A DNA stretch of 62,760 nt from the sequence record SRR2962707_1740; one strand, written 5' to 3'. A model generated the notes under the pieces. The model searched no databases. It was given only the letters and a program-made list of their open reading frames with translations, and was not told the origin of the DNA. Shown piece by piece: positions 46,714 to 56,325 of this stretch (positions within the stretch are counted from its first letter, which is position 1; each line of letters starts with the position of its first letter). Both the position numbers and the translations under genes were made by a program.

Positions 46714-47130
46714 TACAGCATCCTCTCAGGGTAAGTTGTAGCAAGGTTATTGCCGTTAAACTCACGGGCGTTACCTAAATTTTCCGGCAGAAAGAAACTG
46801 GGTATATGTATTAGGTTTAGCATAGTCTCAGCCGTACTCAAGGCTTTTAATGCAAAGTCTCATTTCATAATATCCTTACCAAAACAAGATATTAGACAAA
46901 TAAGTGTATGAAAATTAAGCGCTTTCAATCGCTCAAAATACGCTCAAACAAAACATTAAAAATAACAAAATTCATATTTCAATCTTAAATCGTCTGTTTT
47001 CCTTACCATTGCGCTTTGAGATCACGCCAATGGCAAGTAATTCGCACAAGTTTCCAATCAAGCATTCACAACGCCTCAACACTTGTAGTAATTTAACCAG
47101 TATCGATTTTTGATTTGATTAGGAAGGTTT

Positions 47131-47739
47131 ATGCTGTTTCAATTTGATCAACTCAGTGGCACTGACCGCTATCACTTGATCACCCAAACCGTGACCCCAA
47201 GACCCATAGCTTGGATCATGACACGCAATGAAAATCAGTCTTATAATCTTGCTCCTTTTTCTTTCTTTTCTGCCATTTCTCCCGATCCTGCGCTTCTTGT
47301 TGTTTCTATCGGTAACAAAACAGCCGATCTTCAAAAAGACACTAAGCACAACCTAATTCGAGAGCAGGAATGCGTTTTGCATATTCCAAGTGGCGAGCAA
47401 ATTGAAGCCGTTAATCGTAGTGCCGCGACCTTAGCCTACGGCGAATCAGAGTTAGACGATGGCGGATTGACACTGGTCGACTTCACACCACACTTGCCTC
47501 GTATTACAGGGGCAAAAGTCGCCATGCACTGTCGTCTCTATGAAATGCACCCGATAGGCACATCATCATTTAACGCCTGTTATTTGGAAATTTTAAGCTT
47601 ACATGTCGATGACGACATTCTGAAACAAGAAAACGGGCGCAACATTATTAACAACGCCCAACTCAATCCGTTAAGCCGTCTTGGTGGAAACGATTACGCA
47701 CTCATTGGTCAAACACTGACGATCAAACGCCCTGAATAA
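47131..47739 (+). CDS. Flavin reductase-like (DIM6/NTAB) protein
   Basis: PRPIAW, NLAPFSFF, KDT..N, RLGG. Confidence 0.88.
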   Translation: MLFQFDQLSGTDRYHLITQTVTPRPIAWIMTRNENQSYNLAPFSFFSAISPDPALLVVSIGNKTADLQKDTKHNLIREQECVLHIPSGEQIEAVNRSAATLAYGESELDDGGLTLVDFTPHLPRITGAKVAMHCRLYEMHPIGTSSFNACYLEILSLHVDDDILKQENGRNIINNAQLNPLSRLGGNDYALIGQTLTIKRPE

Positions 47740-47765
47740 GCGCAAAAAGAACCGAGGTAATAACG

Positions 47766-50381
47766 ATGGACATCACCGAACAAATACAAGCCATGCCTTT
47801 TATGGCCGACACCAGCAAAGAACTGCACGCCTCATTGCTTGATATTGCCAGCATAAAAACCCTTAACTCAGGCGAATTATTGGCCAAGCAGTTTGAAATT
47901 GGTCACTCTTTGTATTTTTTATTGGATGGGGAAATCGCCATTTCCATCCCTCTAAAAGAACAGGGTAAATCCTATAATGTCGGTTTGCTGAGCACCAAAT
48001 ACACGCCCATTGGTTGGTCTGCTTTTCGCCATCCTTCGCGCTATGCCACCACCTTCCAGGCGACCAAATCCTCTGCCGTGCTGGCACTGCCTATTGTGGC
48101 ATTGCAAAAAATATTAGACAGCGACCTCGACTTCGCGAATATTTTCTTACGCTTTATCTACGAACAATCACTACCAGTCCTCACCAGCATACATAACCAA
48201 ACACGCCCTTTCTTTTCCAATGAATCGTTGGCGTTTGAAGAAACACGGCCTTTTGTTAACCCAGACCAACAGACGCAATCGCTGAAAGAGTCGACAGCGC
48301 TGCTAAATTACGCCCCTTTTTGTGAAACCTTTACCCAAGCAGAAATTCACGCTCTGGCCAAACAGGCGTCGATTTTGTTGGCTCACCAAGGCGATATTAT
48401 TTGCCAACAGGACCAATACACTGACGGTTTGTATTTCCTAATCAAGGGTAAAGCGGTCATTAGCTACCAAACAGACAATGGCGACATCATTACCACTCGT
48501 TCTATTGCACGCGCAGGCACGCTACTGGCTTGGTGTACCCCAGGTGATGAACTAAAAAACCGCACCTCTATTATTTCCTCTCGTGATAGCAGTATTCTGT
48601 TTATCCCGAAAGACAAGCTATTGTCTCTTTTTGACACCATGCCAAAACTGTCGGTGAAATACCTACACCGTTTAATCTGGTTGGTCGGCACTCATTTACT
48701 GGCCGCCCGCATGCGTTATTTGTCTCAAATTGCCAACGATGAAGCCCTTGCCGTAAGCAATGTCATCGAACAAAACGCCGCGGTTCTACCGGTGAGCTCG
48801 CCTCTTTATAAAGTCAGTGAGTTGCTAAAAAGCGCCATCACCACCGCCTCTGCGTTTGGCGTCTTGTACAAATGTCTGCATTTTGGCAGCGTCCTAGAAA
48901 GAACCATTGCTGGCATGTGCTTAGACATTCTCAAAGACCTACAACGTGAGAATGCCTTTTATCGTCATTTGCAAAAAGCCTACGACAACATCAATAGCTT
49001 GCCAAAAGACACCCCAGCACTGGATGTCAGACGATTTGGAACAGAGCAATTCAAGCAAGCTTTTCAGCAAGTGCCTTATGTGATTAAGGGCTTAGAAAAC
49101 CTGCCTAAAAAAGCAGGCAGCCTGTTTATTTATAATCATTTATTAGGCTCGCCAACCAACCGCTTACCCAACGGTTTCCGCTTCTCTATCGACGCCCAAT
49201 TTATTAGCGCCATGATCATAGATAAAGAATATGGCATTTCAGGGCAACGGATTGTGCGTCGCAGTGGGGAGAATGAATTCTGGCGTGACGATTATTATGA
49301 GCGCTTTGATAATGTCTTTGTCGATAGCTGGGAAACGCTGAGTAAGGACACTCCTGAATACCAGCAGTTTATTGAGCAGTCTCAAGACACCTTACGTAAA
49401 AACTACCCGCTAATGATCTCTCCAGAAGGCAAGAGTTATGGCACGCACCAATCACCTGGTACCTTTTTACCGCACGCTTTTGAGCTGGCGAAATCGATGG
49501 GAACAGACGAACCTTGGATAGTGCCTCTCGTGGTTGCCAACTTTGACCGTCGTGCGGATCACAACATTTACACCGTGATCATCAAACCGGCGTTTAAATT
49601 GTCCGACCGAGTTGACACCCAAGACCCTAAAGCGCTGGACGCCTTTTTAGCAGAATACCAAGAAGAATACCGTGGTTACGTGAATGAAGCGGTCGAGCTA
49701 TCAAGAGAGATCCGCCAATACCCGATTCTCAGTGGACGCTCTGGTTATCGCTCCAATGTAATGAGTCTAAACCAGTTGGATGTGGAGTTTGAGTCTGATG
49801 TACGAGAACTAGAATTCCGTACTGCGCATCAGGATTACAAAGATCGCCCTGTCGCCTTTTATGGCTCATCGACCATTCGTCTCTGGCACGATTTTGATGA
49901 ACATTTCCACCCTAAGGACACCATTAATCTAGGCTTTAGCGGCGCCACCTTAGAAGCCTGTGTGTACTATTTTGAGCGCATCATCTTGCCTCATAATCCA
50001 CGCTCTATGGTGATTTACGCAGGAGACAATGACATAGGAAATCATTGTGATAGCAACAAGGTAACTGAGCTCTACATCGATTTACTGCAAAAAATCGACC
50101 GTTACCTGCCCGGCATCCCCGTGACCTTGCTAAGCATCAAGTGCAGTCCTGCACGCCGCGCGATGCGTGACACCATAGAAAAAGCCAACTCACAGCTGGA
50201 GCGCTTGGCGATCACACGACCCAATACTCGCTACCTCGACCTATTCTCTACCTTGCTGGATCAAGAAGGAGAGATTAAAGAGAACTGCTTTGAAGGGGAC
50301 AAATTGCACATCAATAGCAAAGCGTATGACATCTGGACAAAACACCTAAACAAAGAGCAGGCATTTATTTTCCAAGGATAA
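47766..50381 (+). CDS. Fusion of two cNMP-binding domains, an acyltransferase-like domain and an SGNH/GDSL hydrolase
   Basis: LYFLLDGEI and LYFLIKGKA cNMP barrels; IKGLENLP..LFIYNH and SPEG acyltransferase-like blocks; FYGSS, GFSG, YAGDND, DKLH SGNH blocks. Confidence 0.7.
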   Translation: MDITEQIQAMPFMADTSKELHASLLDIASIKTLNSGELLAKQFEIGHSLYFLLDGEIAISIPLKEQGKSYNVGLLSTKYTPIGWSAFRHPSRYATTFQATKSSAVLALPIVALQKILDSDLDFANIFLRFIYEQSLPVLTSIHNQTRPFFSNESLAFEETRPFVNPDQQTQSLKESTALLNYAPFCETFTQAEIHALAKQASILLAHQGDIICQQDQYTDGLYFLIKGKAVISYQTDNGDIITTRSIARAGTLLAWCTPGDELKNRTSIISSRDSSILFIPKDKLLSLFDTMPKLSVKYLHRLIWLVGTHLLAARMRYLSQIANDEALAVSNVIEQNAAVLPVSSPLYKVSELLKSAITTASAFGVLYKCLHFGSVLERTIAGMCLDILKDLQRENAFYRHLQKAYDNINSLPKDTPALDVRRFGTEQFKQAFQQVPYVIKGLENLPKKAGSLFIYNHLLGSPTNRLPNGFRFSIDAQFISAMIIDKEYGISGQRIVRRSGENEFWRDDYYERFDNVFVDSWETLSKDTPEYQQFIEQSQDTLRKNYPLMISPEGKSYGTHQSPGTFLPHAFELAKSMGTDEPWIVPLVVANFDRRADHNIYTVIIKPAFKLSDRVDTQDPKALDAFLAEYQEEYRGYVNEAVELSREIRQYPILSGRSGYRSNVMSLNQLDVEFESDVRELEFRTAHQDYKDRPVAFYGSSTIRLWHDFDEHFHPKDTINLGFSGATLEACVYYFERIILPHNPRSMVIYAGDNDIGNHCDSNKVTELYIDLLQKIDRYLPGIPVTLLSIKCSPARRAMRDTIEKANSQLERLAITRPNTRYLDLFSTLLDQEGEIKENCFEGDKLHINSKAYDIWTKHLNKEQAFIFQG

Positions 50382-50405
50382 ATTTCCAAAGATAAAGAGA
50401 CCATC

Positions 50406-50449
50406 AAAAAAGGGGCGCCCTGTGTTGTTCACTGAGCGCCCCTTTTTTA
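50406..50449. terminator. Bidirectional terminator
   Basis: AAAAAAGGGGCGC...GCGCCCCTTTTTTT. Confidence 0.85.
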
Positions 50450-50498
50450 TGGCGACTATTAGCGATTGGCGCCCACCGCTTGATGCAGCGATTCGCTA

Positions 50499-51110
50499 TC
50501 ATCCAATAATGACTTTCAACGCCAATAAAATCAGCAAGCACCCCATGACTCTATCGACCCATACCTGATGACGGCGCAACCATAGAAGCACTGGCCCACC
50601 AGCAAGCAGCAACGCCACTAAGACATACCAGCCACCATCGATGAGCACCACGGTTGCCCATAATTGAAACTGCACCAAGGCGTCCATATCAGCCTGAATG
50701 TATTGACTAAACAGCGCCAGAAAAAACAACCCGGCTTTGGGGTTCATGAGCGCCATGAAAAAACCATCTCGCGCCGATTCCCAATAGGAAGACTTCACCC
50801 CAGTGGCGTCTATGTCGCCACTTTTGCCAGCGTAGCGAATGGATTTAATCCCTAACCAGGCCAAATACAAGCCGCCAATCACAGACAAAATATGAAACAC
50901 AGTGGGGTGTGCCGTTACCAGCACCGCCAAACCTTGCATCGTCAGCAAGGCCCAAAAACCAACGCCGAGGCCATGAGTGATTGCCGCGACCACACCATGC
51001 AAAGGCGCTTGAGATAATGTCACTCTTAGTATCACGGCCAAACTTGGGCCAGGCGAAATCGCCCCCATAGTACAAATTGCGGCTAACGATAGCCAAGTTG
51101 CTAAATCCAT
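50499..51110 (-). CDS. LysE/RhtB family amino-acid exporter
   Basis: SPGP, GGLYLAWLG, NPK motifs. Confidence 0.9.
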   Translation of the reverse strand: MDLATWLSLAAICTMGAISPGPSLAVILRVTLSQAPLHGVVAAITHGLGVGFWALLTMQGLAVLVTAHPTVFHILSVIGGLYLAWLGIKSIRYAGKSGDIDATGVKSSYWESARDGFFMALMNPKAGLFFLALFSQYIQADMDALVQFQLWATVVLIDGGWYVLVALLLAGGPVLLWLRRHQVWVDRVMGCLLILLALKVIIG

Positions 51111-51290
51111 TTGAACACTCTTATTATTAACTTTTAGGGTTGTGACAGAAAACGAAAATACACAGGCGGATTATTTTGCCCGTATTCACCTCTAAATCCT
51201 AGATAATTAAGCACGGAGTCTTGACCTTCTAAGACAAAAACGGCAGCATGATAACCATCAACTTACAGAATAGATTTACTAATAAACACT

Positions 51291-51371
51291 ATGCTTAATG
51301 TCATCTTATCAAAACACAACGGCGATAAACGTAAGGCTAAGAAGCCCTGCAACGCTGACGTGTGGATGTAA
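51291..51371 (+). CDS. Putative Lys-rich leader peptide (MLNVILSKHNGDKRKAKKPCNADVWM)
   Basis: 26-codon uORF with 4 Lys in codons 13-18, ahead of an attenuator-like hairpin and dapA; no clear SD. Confidence 0.45.
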   Translation: MLNVILSKHNGDKRKAKKPCNADVWM

Positions 51372-51421
51372 GATAAAAAATTCCCCGGCAGCATTTCTCG
51401 CTGACGGGTTCACTTTCTCTT
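51353..51421 (+). promoter_or_regulatory. Putative attenuator (alternative terminator/antiterminator)
   Basis: CCCGGCAGC (51384-92) pairs with GCTGACGGG (51400-08) before TTCACTTTCTCTT; CGCTGACG at 51353-60 duplicates 51399-406 and can compete for the 5' arm. Confidence 0.45.
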
Positions 51422-51458
51422 CAGCGACATGCTTACCTACTATTAATGAGGCAACAGT

Positions 51459-52331
51459 ATGTTCCACGGTGCAATAACCGCTTTAATTACTCCTTTTCGT
51501 GATGGTCAATTAGATGAAGACGCTCTGCGTAACATTGTCCGCTGGCAAATAGACCAAGGCATCGACGGACTGGTTCCTGTTGGTACGACTGGCGAGTCCC
51601 CTACTCTAAGCGAACACGAACATAAGCGCGTCATCGAAATTACCGTAGAAGAAACCAATAAAGCCGTCCCAGTATTAGCGGGTGCTGGATCGAACAACCC
51701 AGTCGAAGCCGTCAACTATTCTGAGTTTGCCTACCAAGCAGGCGCCGATGCCACCTTACATGTGGCAGGTTACTATAACCGCCCGAATCAAACGGGTTTG
51801 TACGAACATTTCAAATACGTCCATGACAACAGCAAACTGCCTATCGTGCTTTATAACATTCCTCCGCGCTCTGTTGTTGGTCTTGAAGTCAGCACCTTAG
51901 TTCGTTTAGCAGAATTACCACGCATTATTGGTGTCAAAGATGCGACCGGTGACCTAACACGCCCCATCCGTGAACGTGCTTTAGTCAATAAGCCTTTTTG
52001 CTTTTTAAGCGGTGATGATGTGACGACCGTGGCGTATAACGTGGGCGGTGGTAACGGTTGTATTTCCGTTTCTTCCAACGTAGCACCGAAGCAAGTTGTT
52101 GATTTACAACGTTTATGTCGCGAAAACAGATTCAGCGAAGCGGCTCAACTGCAAGACAAACTGTTTAACTTGCACAGCGCTCTGTTTATTGAACCTAACC
52201 CAGCGGGCGCTAAATACGCCATGTCATTGCTTGGTCTGTGTTCTGAAGAATGTCGCTTACCCATTGTGCCACTGCAAGACAGCAGCAAAGCCAGCATTCG
52301 CCAAGCTATGCTTGATCTAGAGTTGATCTAA
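51459..52331 (+). CDS. dapA: 4-hydroxy-tetrahydrodipicolinate synthase
   Basis: GTTGES, YYNRP, LYNIP.R, Schiff-base Lys in GVKDATG. Confidence 0.9.
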   Translation: MFHGAITALITPFRDGQLDEDALRNIVRWQIDQGIDGLVPVGTTGESPTLSEHEHKRVIEITVEETNKAVPVLAGAGSNNPVEAVNYSEFAYQAGADATLHVAGYYNRPNQTGLYEHFKYVHDNSKLPIVLYNIPPRSVVGLEVSTLVRLAELPRIIGVKDATGDLTRPIRERALVNKPFCFLSGDDVTTVAYNVGGGNGCISVSSNVAPKQVVDLQRLCRENRFSEAAQLQDKLFNLHSALFIEPNPAGAKYAMSLLGLCSEECRLPIVPLQDSSKASIRQAMLDLELI

Positions 52332-52364
52332 TCCAACGCTCTTAAGGCAACAATCTCACTGCAT

Positions 52365-52394
52365 AAGCCAGCCTGTGACCAGGCTGGCTTTTTT
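52365..52394 (+). terminator. Rho-independent terminator after dapA
   Basis: AAGCCAGCCTG-TGAC-CAGGCTGGCTTTTT. Confidence 0.88.
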
Positions 52395-52519
52395 ATTATC
52401 AAAAAAATCATTTTTCACCATAAAATATTGATAAAGTATCTGCAGAGGAAACAGGGGATTTCCCCAAGGGACTGAACGGCTAGTATTTCGTTTACATGAT
52501 GCATTGCAAGGAGAGTTGA

Positions 52520-53203
52520 ATGTCTAAAGTACATTTTGTTGGTGGTGAAAAAGGCGGCGTTGGCAAATCCATGACCGCGCGCGTGTTAGCCCAGTATTAC
52601 ATTGATAATGAACGGCCGTTTCTCGGCTTTGATTGCGACTCTTCCCACGCGACCTTCTCGCGGTTTTATCAAGATTTCTCCTCCCCTATTATCATTGGTG
52701 AAGAAGACAGCCTAGATGGCATGTTAGCGGCCATTGAAGAATACCCAGATCGTGACCTCATTATTGATTTGGCCGCCCAAGCCGCTCAACCGCTTGGCGT
52801 TTGGATCGAAGAAACAGACGTCTTTGGGCTGTTGGATGAAATGGGTTATCAGGTGTGTTTGTGGCACGTAATGGACGATGGCGCGGATTCAGTCGCCCTG
52901 CTTGAGCAATTATTAACCCGCTATCAACAACCTTCGGTTGATTTTGTCGTGGTGCAAAACTTTGGTCGTGGCAGTGACTTCTCTCGCTTTCAAAAATCAG
53001 ACACCTACAAGCAAGCCATCGAACGCGATGCCTTAATTCTGGAACTCGCTAAACTTCAAACCAAATTAACGCAGAAAATAGACTTTAATAGCAGCAGCTT
53101 TTGGTCAGTGGCCAATGACCGAAGTATTATGAATATCGCAGAGCGTCAGCGAATGAAAGTCTGGCTGCGCAAAGTCTATGAAGAACTCGATAAAATAGGC
53201 TAA
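52520..53203 (+). CDS. ParA/MinD-superfamily P-loop NTPase (MobD-like)
   Basis: Deviant Walker A GGEKGGVGKS, FDCD, IIDLAA. Confidence 0.7.
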   Translation: MSKVHFVGGEKGGVGKSMTARVLAQYYIDNERPFLGFDCDSSHATFSRFYQDFSSPIIIGEEDSLDGMLAAIEEYPDRDLIIDLAAQAAQPLGVWIEETDVFGLLDEMGYQVCLWHVMDDGADSVALLEQLLTRYQQPSVDFVVVQNFGRGSDFSRFQKSDTYKQAIERDALILELAKLQTKLTQKIDFNSSSFWSVANDRSIMNIAERQRMKVWLRKVYEELDKIG

Positions 53204-53232
53204 TTCAAAGCGCCCTCTTTTCAATAAGCCAT

Positions 53233-53269
53233 AAAAAGCCAAGATCCACTCTCGCGAATCTTGGCTTTT
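53233..53269. terminator. Bidirectional terminator candidate
   Basis: AAAAGCCAAGAT...ATCTTGGCTTTT between convergent genes. Confidence 0.7.
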
Positions 53270-53357
53270 CTAACTCTAGCGAACCCTGCACTTCGTCTGC
53301 TACAAGATGCCGTTGCTCGCTATTCAGTCTCTAAACCATGCCCTTGTCTGGGCAAGA

Positions 53358-54221
53358 TTATTCCTGCACGTCCATGTATTTGTTTGCCCACACACGGTTT
53401 TCTTCTAGCGTTGAGTAACGTGTCGACAATTCTGAAGCGTTTAGCGTGCCTTCGGCAATGCCTCTTTGCTCACGCAAGCAGTCGTACGTCGCCTTGATCG
53501 CGGCAAAATACGCGGCATGACCATTAACAATAATGCGCACACCATTGGCAGCAAGACGTTCACGATCGCGTAGCTCTGGGTTGTCGTAAGACACCAACAT
53601 AACAGGAATGGTCAAATGTTGAGTGATTTGCTCAAGATGGTCAAAGTCACGAATACCGACCATACAAATACCATCAACCCCAACCGCTTGATACGCCGTC
53701 ACACGCGTGATGGTTTCTTCGATGGTGAGTTGGCCGGCATTCGTACGAGCAATGATGCTCATCGCAGGATCAATACGCGCATCCAATGCGGCTTTCAATT
53801 TGCCTACCGCCTCTTCTAGCGGAATTAAATCCGTTGATTTATGACCGTATTTGGCAGGCAAAAGTGTGTCTTCAATCGTCAACGCAGCAACACCCGCTCG
53901 CTCTAGTTCGGTGATGGTACGAATGACATTCAAAGCATTCCCGTAGCCATGATCTGCATCAGCAATAATAGGCAAACGGGCAACACGACCAATACGAGTT
54001 GCTTGTTCAGTGAATTCACTCAAAGTGATCAAGGCAAAATCGGGCGCGGCCAATACTTGAAGTGACGCAACAGAGCCGCCAAGAATACCAACTTCAAAAC
54101 CAAGATCCGCGGCAATGCGTGCCGACATAGGATCGAAAGTAGACGCTGTGTAGTAACATTTATTGCTTGCTAATAAGGCACGAAAGTCATTTCGTAGATC
54201 GTGCTGGGAAGGTGTTGCCAT
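53358..54221 (-). CDS. Oxaloacetate decarboxylase (PEP mutase/isocitrate lyase family, PA4872-like)
   Basis: [37 protein letters not shown]. Confidence 0.85.
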   Translation of the reverse strand: MATPSQHDLRNDFRALLASNKCYYTASTFDPMSARIAADLGFEVGILGGSVASLQVLAAPDFALITLSEFTEQATRIGRVARLPIIADADHGYGNALNVIRTITELERAGVAALTIEDTLLPAKYGHKSTDLIPLEEAVGKLKAALDARIDPAMSIIARTNAGQLTIEETITRVTAYQAVGVDGICMVGIRDFDHLEQITQHLTIPVMLVSYDNPELRDRERLAANGVRIIVNGHAAYFAAIKATYDCLREQRGIAEGTLNASELSTRYSTLEENRVWANKYMDVQE

Positions 54222-54424
54222 GTATTTACTCCTGAAATGTCACTAAATTACATATGACTAATTTGGCGAGATTATACTCGTCTTAGGAATAAGCTTCATC
54301 AGTAACCAACCAATTGGTTATGTTTTGTAACTAAATGATTACTATAACGAGCGTGTATAGTAATACGCTGTGAGCACGGATTATCAGGACTCTGTAAAGA
54401 ATGGGGGATAATATTTATATCCAC

Positions 54425-54448
54425 AAAAAAGCCGACGTAAACGTCGGC
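54425..54448 (-). terminator. Terminator ending the F420 operon
   Basis: On minus strand GCCGACGT-TT-ACGTCGGC-TTTTTT. Confidence 0.85.
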
Positions 54449-54479
54449 CATGGTATTGCTTAGTATCCACTCAATGCCA

Positions 54480-55487
54480 TTACATGGCTTTAAACTGAGG
54501 AATAATATGACGACCATACTGGGCGATGATCTCTTCTTCATCACCACTGTCTAAATAGATATTAAACTGCGTGGTGCCGGCTTCTTCTAGCGCTTTGACC
54601 CGTGCGATATGATCATCCACTGTGCCCAGTACACAAAAACTTTTCACAATGTCTTCGGTAATGAAATCCAAGAAAGGATTATCACTCTGGCCGTGTTTTG
54701 AATAATCGTAACCACGACGTTTTTCAATGTAATCCGTTAAACTCTTCGGTACTAATCCAGAGTCATTACCGTATTTTTCGACAATATCAGCCACATGGTT
54801 ACCCACCATCGCAGGAAACCATTTCGTGTGTTCAATGCAATAATCTATGTCGCCAAAGTAGGCTGGCGCGGCCGCCTGTACTTTGAAATTCGACATATCA
54901 CGGCCTGCTTTTTCTCCGGCACTAATCGCTTGATCTTTGAACCATTTTACCAAATCAGGATCACCAATTTGCAGGATCAAACCGTCACCCACCTCGCCCG
55001 CTGTCGCCAGCGCTTTAGGCCCATATGCGCCAATCCAAACCGGTAGTTCATAGCCAGTTGCCCAAGGTAATTTGACTGGCTCTGGGCATTCGCCGTATTC
55101 CACCTCTTCTCCACGTACCATGGCTTTTACCTTGGTGGTGAATTCTGCAAGACGCGCCAATGTTGCCGGTTTTTTCCCCATCACCCGCATCGACGAATCA
55201 CCACGGCCGAGACCAATGTCGAAACGACCGTTACTTTGGTGCGCCAAACTTGCGTACAGACTTGCAGACAATGACCAATCTCGAATATTTGGGTTGGTAA
55301 CGCAAGGCCCAAAACGCATGGTTTTGGTGTGCTCCATGCACATCGCCATCGCCACAAAGGATTCACGCCACAAAATATGTGAATCATAAAACCAACAGTA
55401 ATCAAAGCCGGCCGCTTCCGCTTGACGGACTAAATTTCGAGCTCGATCTGGGCTGACAAACCCTTTAAACGTAATACCGAATTCCAT
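54480..55487 (-). CDS. LLM-class F420-dependent oxidoreductase, Mer-like (CPS_4043/TIGR03842-like)
   Basis: AGFDYCWFYDSH, GPCVTNP, SNGRFDIGLGRGDS, GAYGPKAL; last gene of the cof operon. Confidence 0.88.
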   Translation of the reverse strand: MEFGITFKGFVSPDRARNLVRQAEAAGFDYCWFYDSHILWRESFVAMAMCMEHTKTMRFGPCVTNPNIRDWSLSASLYASLAHQSNGRFDIGLGRGDSSMRVMGKKPATLARLAEFTTKVKAMVRGEEVEYGECPEPVKLPWATGYELPVWIGAYGPKALATAGEVGDGLILQIGDPDLVKWFKDQAISAGEKAGRDMSNFKVQAAAPAYFGDIDYCIEHTKWFPAMVGNHVADIVEKYGNDSGLVPKSLTDYIEKRRGYDYSKHGQSDNPFLDFITEDIVKSFCVLGTVDDHIARVKALEEAGTTQFNIYLDSGDEEEIIAQYGRHIIPQFKAM

Positions 55488-55575
55488 GCTGAGTTCCTCT
55501 TATGCTTGTGATGTCTTTTAATATTTTTATGGTTTAAAACCGTTCAATAACGGGGTCTAACGTCAGTCAATACAT

Positions 55576-56268
55576 TCAGTGTTGTGGAGGGCAAATCCGT
55601 ATACCGGCATGACTAAACGGCACCTCTTTTGAGATATTCAAACGAATCAAAATAGGCGTAATTGCTTCGATGCAGCGAGCACTTTCCGCCAAACCGGCGT
55701 TATAGGCTTTCGTCCCCATGGTATCGATCAGCGCCATAACCTGTTTTTTCGACGCCAAGTCATTACCGCAAACCAAAATATCGCAATTAATAGGACGCGA
55801 TAAATCGTTCAGAGTGATCGCCGACACATTGTGTAAGGCGCCCACCACAGGAACCGAATCCCCCAATAGAGCTTGCGCATGTTCAGTGACAGAACCGGCG
55901 GCTGGCATTTCTACGGCTTTCGGGTTGCCAGGGGCCAAAGGCACCACTATGTCCACCAGAATTTTCCCTGTTAGCCGTGGTTTGAGTGTATTCAAGGTGG
56001 CATCGTGTGCACTGTAAGGCACAGACAAAATCACCATACTGCTTGCTGCTTGAGCCGCCGCTTCCATAGACAGGCCAGTAATGCTGGCTGCATTCCCCCC
56101 AAGCTCAGCCAATTGAGCAACCAGCTCTTCGGCCAAAGCGTGCGCTTTTTGTGCGTCACGAGAGCCTAATACGACGCTCGTTCCTGCCATTGCAAGGCGC
56201 AAGGCGAGACCTTTCCCTTGTGGGCCGGTGCCACCGATAATGGCGACTTTTTCGCTTTCTCTACTCAT
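55576..56268 (-). CDS. npdG: F420H2:NADP+ oxidoreductase (Fno)
   Basis: [35 protein letters not shown]. Confidence 0.9.
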   Translation of the reverse strand: MSRESEKVAIIGGTGPQGKGLALRLAMAGTSVVLGSRDAQKAHALAEELVAQLAELGGNAASITGLSMEAAAQAASSMVILSVPYSAHDATLNTLKPRLTGKILVDIVVPLAPGNPKAVEMPAAGSVTEHAQALLGDSVPVVGALHNVSAITLNDLSRPINCDILVCGNDLASKKQVMALIDTMGTKAYNAGLAESARCIEAITPILIRLNISKEVPFSHAGIRICPPQH

Positions 56269-56325
56269 TCTATTCCCCTTTTTATGCAGCGTTTCTTATG
56301 GGTGTTCTAGTCATTTAGCGTTCAC

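Noticed and set aside
51111-51458. Lysine riboswitch upstream of dapA
   Set aside because: Conserved riboswitch core (AGAGGNGC start, loop-E and kink-turn elements) not seen; a leader-peptide model fits better
52440-52500. c-di-GMP riboswitch upstream of the MobD-like gene
   Set aside because: Only a short GGGGA/TCCCC stem; GEMM consensus not matched
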